Positions 36,128 through 40,253 of a stretch of DNA of 40,253 nucleotides are shown here, piece by piece; position 1 is the first letter of the stretch, and each line of letters starts with the position of its first letter. Made by a program: the position numbers and the translations under genes. Origin of the DNA: a virus. Its lineage: Duplodnaviria > Heunggongvirae > Uroviricota > Caudoviricetes. Under the pieces are notes generated by a model that saw only the letters and a program-made list of their open reading frames with translations, did not search any database and was not told the DNA's origin. The stretch covers positions 1 through 40,253 of IMG/VR virus record IMGVR_UViG_2740892426_000004; one strand, written 5' to 3'.

Positions 36128-38713
36128 ATGCCTGATATAACCCCAAATGTTGTGATAGGTATGCCATCGCAACTCTTCACAATGGCTAGCTCTTTTAAAA
36201 CCGTAGCAAATGGAAAAATTTATATCGGTAAGATTGACACAGATCCGGTAAATCCAGAAAACCAGATTCCAGTATATCTGGAACGAGAAGATGGTACTTA
36301 TGTTCAGGTGCCACAGCCAATCGTTATCAATGCTGCTGGATACCCGGTATACAACGGACAGATTTCCAAATTCGTTACCGTGCAAGGCCATTCTATGGCT
36401 GTTTACGATGCATATGGTACGCAGCAGTTCTATTTTCCGAATGTGCTTAAGTACGATCCAGACCAATTAAGACAACAATTAGAAGACCCGGAAGGTGCTA
36501 AAAAATATCATGAATTGCAGATGTCTCGGTGGCGTGATGACGCTGACCCTCGCGGATGGGGAGCAAAAGGTGATGGCATCACCGATGACACATTATCTTT
36601 TCAAGAGTTAGAAAAACAAATCACAGGAAGGATTGTTGATCTAAGGGGTAATACATATATAACAGATCAAGTTTTTGATGGAAATAAGTATATAAATGGC
36701 TATTTTCGCACAGAGAATCGATTACTGCCAGATGCTGATTTTACTGAAAAAAGAATACAAACTATAAAAAAGGGGATGTATACAGGTTTCAGACCTTCTA
36801 CTCCTAATCATGTTAAGTCAGGGTTGCGACTGGCAACAATTAAAAATACTGTCATACAGGGTGCTGTTCTTGATTATTATGACAGTGTTCTTTATTGCTT
36901 GGTAAATGTGAGTGGCAGCGTTAGTTCTGGTGACGAAGTTAATAAAGTTGTTGCTTATAATTGGTTTGGGAATGAAGAGTTAACTCCTCTTTGGGAGACT
37001 AAAGGTAGTAGAGAATTAGGACATCAATGTCTTGGTTTAACCATAGGGCGCGTTGGTTTTCGTAACACAAGAGGCCAGTTACAGATATGGGGGTTAGCTG
37101 GCACAGCTAAAGGAGAGGATCGCGCAAAGTATATCACCAGATTCACCCCTACTGATGGTGGTGAAATTGAACCAGAGTTTTTTCTCATATGGGAAGATGG
37201 TTACGAGAATCAGGTAAATGTTTTATGCACCGACCCTATGAGTCGATGGCTGATTACTACAGCAAAACGTTATGTTGGCCCTGGTGAGAGCCCATCAACA
37301 CCAGATCAAATTCGCTATTATGTAAAAGTATTTGATACCAGCAAATTTATTAACCCGCAGGCGTACAATTACGATTATCGTAATGAAGCAACTTTTGAAT
37401 TTGAAATTGCCGATTTTGTGAGGGATATGCAAACAGTTGCGTGTGACGGTACTGCTATTTATTTTTGTCAGGCTGGATCTGCATATTCTTCAACCAGAAA
37501 ATATTTGCATCAGTACACACTTGATGGTGTTTATCTTGGGGTGCAGCAAATACAGGCAGGTGCAGGAAGAGCCTATGAAATAGCAGATCCAAATGATACC
37601 GGAACGCCAGATGTTAGCAATCTTACATATGAACCAGAAGCAATGTTTTTCCGTATGATTGCAGGTGGGTATGACCTTGTAATGGGGAATACAAATGGCA
37701 TACCAGATGGTGATAGTGGGCGAGAAACTACATTTTACACATTAATGCCACAACAGGTAATGCATGTAAAAACAACATCAAGAAATCAGCCTGGTATTAT
37801 CATTGATTCAACCCATGATATTGTCACTAACTCTGGTTTGTTAAGCCTTGGTAAAATTATGCCTGGTGGTGAAGTCATAGAGCAGGCAAACCTTGATGAC
37901 AAAGGATTCACTGTTTCGAGGGCAACAACACAAGCCGCCCGTTATGATGCAAAGAATAGGTTACGGAATGTAACTTTTCATGTTAGTGAAAAAGGTGATA
38001 CCGGTATTTATGACTTTACCAATGCTCAATGGATATTTAAATCTCCCTTATCAACATCTTCATATTCGTATATCGGTCAGTCAGCGGAGGTTAATGGCTA
38101 TATAAGTGCTAATAAAGATAATACGTCATCATGTGGGACATCATCTAAACGGTGGACGCAAGTATATGCAACTAATGGGGCAATAAATACTTCAGACCAG
38201 ACATTGAAAACAAAGCCACTGACAGTAGAGCAACTTTCAGAAATCATGGAGGTGGATCAGGATGCAATTCTTGACGCATGGGGTGACGTAAATATTATCG
38301 TTTACCAGTGGTTGTCCGATATTAAGGCTAAAGGTTCGGATACTGCTCGTTGGCATTTCGGAGCAATTGCACAGCAGGTAAGAGATGCGTTTCTTGCAAA
38401 GGGGATAGATGGAACAAGATTTGGCTTGCTATGTCATGATAAATGGGATGATGAGTACCAACCTGTAATGGCACAGCGCAAGGTGTCATTTATAGCTAAA
38501 TCCCCTGAAGGAGAAGACATCGTTCGCGAATACTTTGAAGAATACGATACTGGTGACACGGAACTGGTTGTACATGCTGGTGAGCGTTGGGGATTGCGTC
38601 CAGATGAATGTTTGTGGTTGGAGGCTGCATTCCAGCGAAGAAGGTGTGAACGCATTGAGTCTCGTTTAACAGAGCTTGAATTGATAATTAAAAAAGCAAA
38701 AGAGATAGAGTAG
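36128..38713 (+). CDS. tailspike protein: P22-type head-binding domain, GDG-motif central domain, C-terminal intramolecular-chaperone-like domain
   Basis: From [43 protein letters not shown] (recalled P22 gp9 N-terminus); AGGA RBS 9 nt upstream; central [11 protein letters not shown] motif; C-terminal ~170 aa from NTSDQTLK resemble S74-type chaperone domain; track ORF starts in frame at 36035 without RBS. Confidence 0.8.
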   Translation: MPDITPNVVIGMPSQLFTMASSFKTVANGKIYIGKIDTDPVNPENQIPVYLEREDGTYVQVPQPIVINAAGYPVYNGQISKFVTVQGHSMAVYDAYGTQQFYFPNVLKYDPDQLRQQLEDPEGAKKYHELQMSRWRDDADPRGWGAKGDGITDDTLSFQELEKQITGRIVDLRGNTYITDQVFDGNKYINGYFRTENRLLPDADFTEKRIQTIKKGMYTGFRPSTPNHVKSGLRLATIKNTVIQGAVLDYYDSVLYCLVNVSGSVSSGDEVNKVVAYNWFGNEELTPLWETKGSRELGHQCLGLTIGRVGFRNTRGQLQIWGLAGTAKGEDRAKYITRFTPTDGGEIEPEFFLIWEDGYENQVNVLCTDPMSRWLITTAKRYVGPGESPSTPDQIRYYVKVFDTSKFINPQAYNYDYRNEATFEFEIADFVRDMQTVACDGTAIYFCQAGSAYSSTRKYLHQYTLDGVYLGVQQIQAGAGRAYEIADPNDTGTPDVSNLTYEPEAMFFRMIAGGYDLVMGNTNGIPDGDSGRETTFYTLMPQQVMHVKTTSRNQPGIIIDSTHDIVTNSGLLSLGKIMPGGEVIEQANLDDKGFTVSRATTQAARYDAKNRLRNVTFHVSEKGDTGIYDFTNAQWIFKSPLSTSSYSYIGQSAEVNGYISANKDNTSSCGTSSKRWTQVYATNGAINTSDQTLKTKPLTVEQLSEIMEVDQDAILDAWGDVNIIVYQWLSDIKAKGSDTARWHFGAIAQQVRDAFLAKGIDGTRFGLLCHDKWDDEYQPVMAQRKVSFIAKSPEGEDIVREYFEEYDTGDTELVVHAGERWGLRPDECLWLEAAFQRRRCERIESRLTELELIIKKAKEIE

Positions 38714-39001
38714 ATGGATAAAACCCCAATTCATCACGCACTTTGCGCTGTGGTCGCACAGGTACTGGTTGGTCTTTTTACCGGAAACTGGGCTTACGGT
38801 GCGATAGCCGGTTGTACGTTCTTCATTGCTCGTGAACACACCCAGGCAGAATATCGCTGGATTGAAATGTTCGGGCATGGCAAGCGAATGAATATGCCGT
38901 GGTGGGGCGGTTTTGATCCACGTGCATGGGATGTGGCAAGCCTGATGGATTTTTCTTTCCCAATTATCGGATGCTTATTGGTATGGATTCTTGCATCGTA
39001 G
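38714..39001 (+). CDS. hypothetical small membrane protein (95 aa)
   Basis: Two hydrophobic segments; start immediately follows tailspike stop. Confidence 0.45.
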   Translation: MDKTPIHHALCAVVAQVLVGLFTGNWAYGAIAGCTFFIAREHTQAEYRWIEMFGHGKRMNMPWWGGFDPRAWDVASLMDFSFPIIGCLLVWILAS

Positions 39002-39037
39002 CGAACACATAATTACCGATGAAACAAAACTGAGACA

Positions 39038-39071
39038 CACAAAGCTTTGCACTGGATTGCAAGGCTTTGTG
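39038..39071. other. inverted repeat between convergent genes (CACAAAGC ... GCTTTGTG)
   Basis: 8-bp perfect inverted repeat with 18-nt loop containing a nested TTGCA/TGCAA repeat. Confidence 0.35.
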
Positions 39072-39095
39072 CTATCCGATGGTGTTTAAGTTTCC

Positions 39096-40253
39096 TCACT
39101 CCGCCTTTTCATCAAGCCAGTCCGCCCACCACTGCATCATTTCTCTGCGCTTATCGAGATACTGAGCGTGGTTGTAAATCCCGCGTACAGATCCGCCGTT
39201 GGCATGTGCCAGTTGCACTTCAATAGCGTCAGCAGGCCATTCGTGCTCGTTCATAATCGTGCTGAATTCATGCCTGAATCCGTGACCGCTTTCCAGACCT
39301 TCATAGCCGATTTGTTTGATCACAAGCAATACCGCGTTCTCGCAGATTGGCTTCTTCTTATCGTTGCGCCCGGCAAAAACAAACTCTGAGACTGGTTTGG
39401 TGATTGAGCTTAGCGTAGTGAGAAGTTCAACCACCTGGTCTGACATCGGGACCACATGAATTTTGCGTCCCTTCATCACACTGGCGTCGATGGTGATAAT
39501 CCTGTTTTCAAAATCGACGTTCTTCCATAGCATGGAACGAAGCTCTTTTGTTCTTAGGGCTGTGTAGCGTAAAACTTTGGTCGCAATGAGCGATACGATA
39601 CTTCCTGAAAATGTTGCAAGTGCTTTGTTGAATGCCGGGATCTGGTCTGCAGGAAGAAACGGGAAGTTCTTCTTGCGGTATCCCTTCATGGCGTCAGCAA
39701 GGTCAGGTGCCGGGTTATATTTAGCCCTACCAGTGACAATAGCGTAACGGAAAACCTCGCCGCATCTTCTGCGTGCTTTGTTGGCTCGCTCCATTGCGCC
39801 GCGATCTTCAAATCTGCGGATTACTTCCAGCAGTTGCATCGGCTCAATATCCTGAATCTCAAGACCGCCGATGATGGGTAAAATGTCGTCATCAAACATT
39901 TTGGCAAGTTCATTTGCATAGCCTACTGACCAGACTTGCTTCTTGTGCTCGTACCATTCCTTGTAAATGGCGCTAAAGGAATTGTTGTTAGACGAAGCCT
40001 TTTTCGCTTTTACCGGATCGATGCCAACCGAGATGTCTTTCCTCGCGGTCCATGCTTTATCCCTTGCCTCCTGCAAAGTCATAAGCGGATATTTTCCAAC
40101 GGTCAGGATTTTCTCCTTACCGTCAATCTTGTAGCGAAGCTGCCATACCTTTTTCCCTGATACAGGGACATAAAGGTACAGGCCATTACCATCGAGTAGG
40201 CGGTATGGTTTTTCTTTCGGCTTTGCTGCTTCAATCTGCTTAACGGTGAGCAT
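39096..40253 (-). CDS. intS: P4-type tyrosine integrase IntS (KplE1/CPS-53 family)
   Basis: 385-aa ORF MLTVKQIEAAKPKEKPYRLLDGNGLYLYVPVSGKKVWQLRYKIDGKEKILTVGKYPL... recalled near-identity to E. coli IntS; start codon at the last three bases of the window. Confidence 0.85.
   Translation of the reverse strand: MLTVKQIEAAKPKEKPYRLLDGNGLYLYVPVSGKKVWQLRYKIDGKEKILTVGKYPLMTLQEARDKAWTARKDISVGIDPVKAKKASSNNNSFSAIYKEWYEHKKQVWSVGYANELAKMFDDDILPIIGGLEIQDIEPMQLLEVIRRFEDRGAMERANKARRRCGEVFRYAIVTGRAKYNPAPDLADAMKGYRKKNFPFLPADQIPAFNKALATFSGSIVSLIATKVLRYTALRTKELRSMLWKNVDFENRIITIDASVMKGRKIHVVPMSDQVVELLTTLSSITKPVSEFVFAGRNDKKKPICENAVLLVIKQIGYEGLESGHGFRHEFSTIMNEHEWPADAIEVQLAHANGGSVRGIYNHAQYLDKRREMMQWWADWLDEKAE

Larger units (their letters stand above)
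1687..40253. mobile_element. full-length lambdoid prophage of the KplE1/CPS-53 family (P22-like virion), continuing past the right window edge
   Basis: Contiguous phage modules from torI to intS; excisionase and integrase at opposite ends as described for KplE1; left boundary at displaced tRNA 3' end. Confidence 0.8.

Noticed and set aside
1-40253. Insertion sequences or transposase genes
   Set aside because: No transposase-like ORF or terminal inverted repeats with target duplications recognised; the only mobile elements seen are the prophage itself and the HNH endonuclease gene.

Overview
The window holds one host gene (cscB-like sucrose permease, 1..1248) followed by an essentially full-length lambdoid prophage of about 38.6 kb (about 1687 to the window end) of the KplE1/CPS-53 family, which I infer is integrated at tRNA-Arg argW just beyond the right edge. 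The excisionase torI sits at the left end and the P4-type integrase intS at the right end. The prophage is a mosaic, running leftward from the repressor: a P22-type immunity region (c2, cro, c1, gene-24-like N, nutL/nutR, P22-like operators), a lambda-like PL operon (ral, ea10-like, cIII, kil, then Erf plus an SSB-like protein) and about 4 kb of small cargo genes. Rightward it carries O/DnaB-like replication genes, a lambda-like nin region (ninB-H, ybcO, rusA) with an AT-rich HNH endonuclease insertion, a P22 gene-23-like Q, two tRNA genes, lambda S/R/Rz/Rz1 lysis genes, and a P22/Sf6-like podovirus morphogenesis block from terminase to tailspike. The most interesting places are: (1) a small accessory locus in the immI position between the last ejection-protein gene and the tailspike, with a divergent pair (membrane/coiled-coil protein and a small HExxH protein), a YjzC-like gene and an mnt gene interrupted by an in-frame TGA; (2) a perfect (GTGAC)x17 microsatellite plus G-tract in the PL leader between nutL and the N-like gene; (3) two halves of a tRNA 3' end lying either side of torI at the left attachment site; (4) a mosaic tailspike with a P22-type head-binding domain, GDG-motif central domain and a C-terminal chaperone-like domain. 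All protein identities are from reading the translations and from recalled family knowledge; no database search was run.
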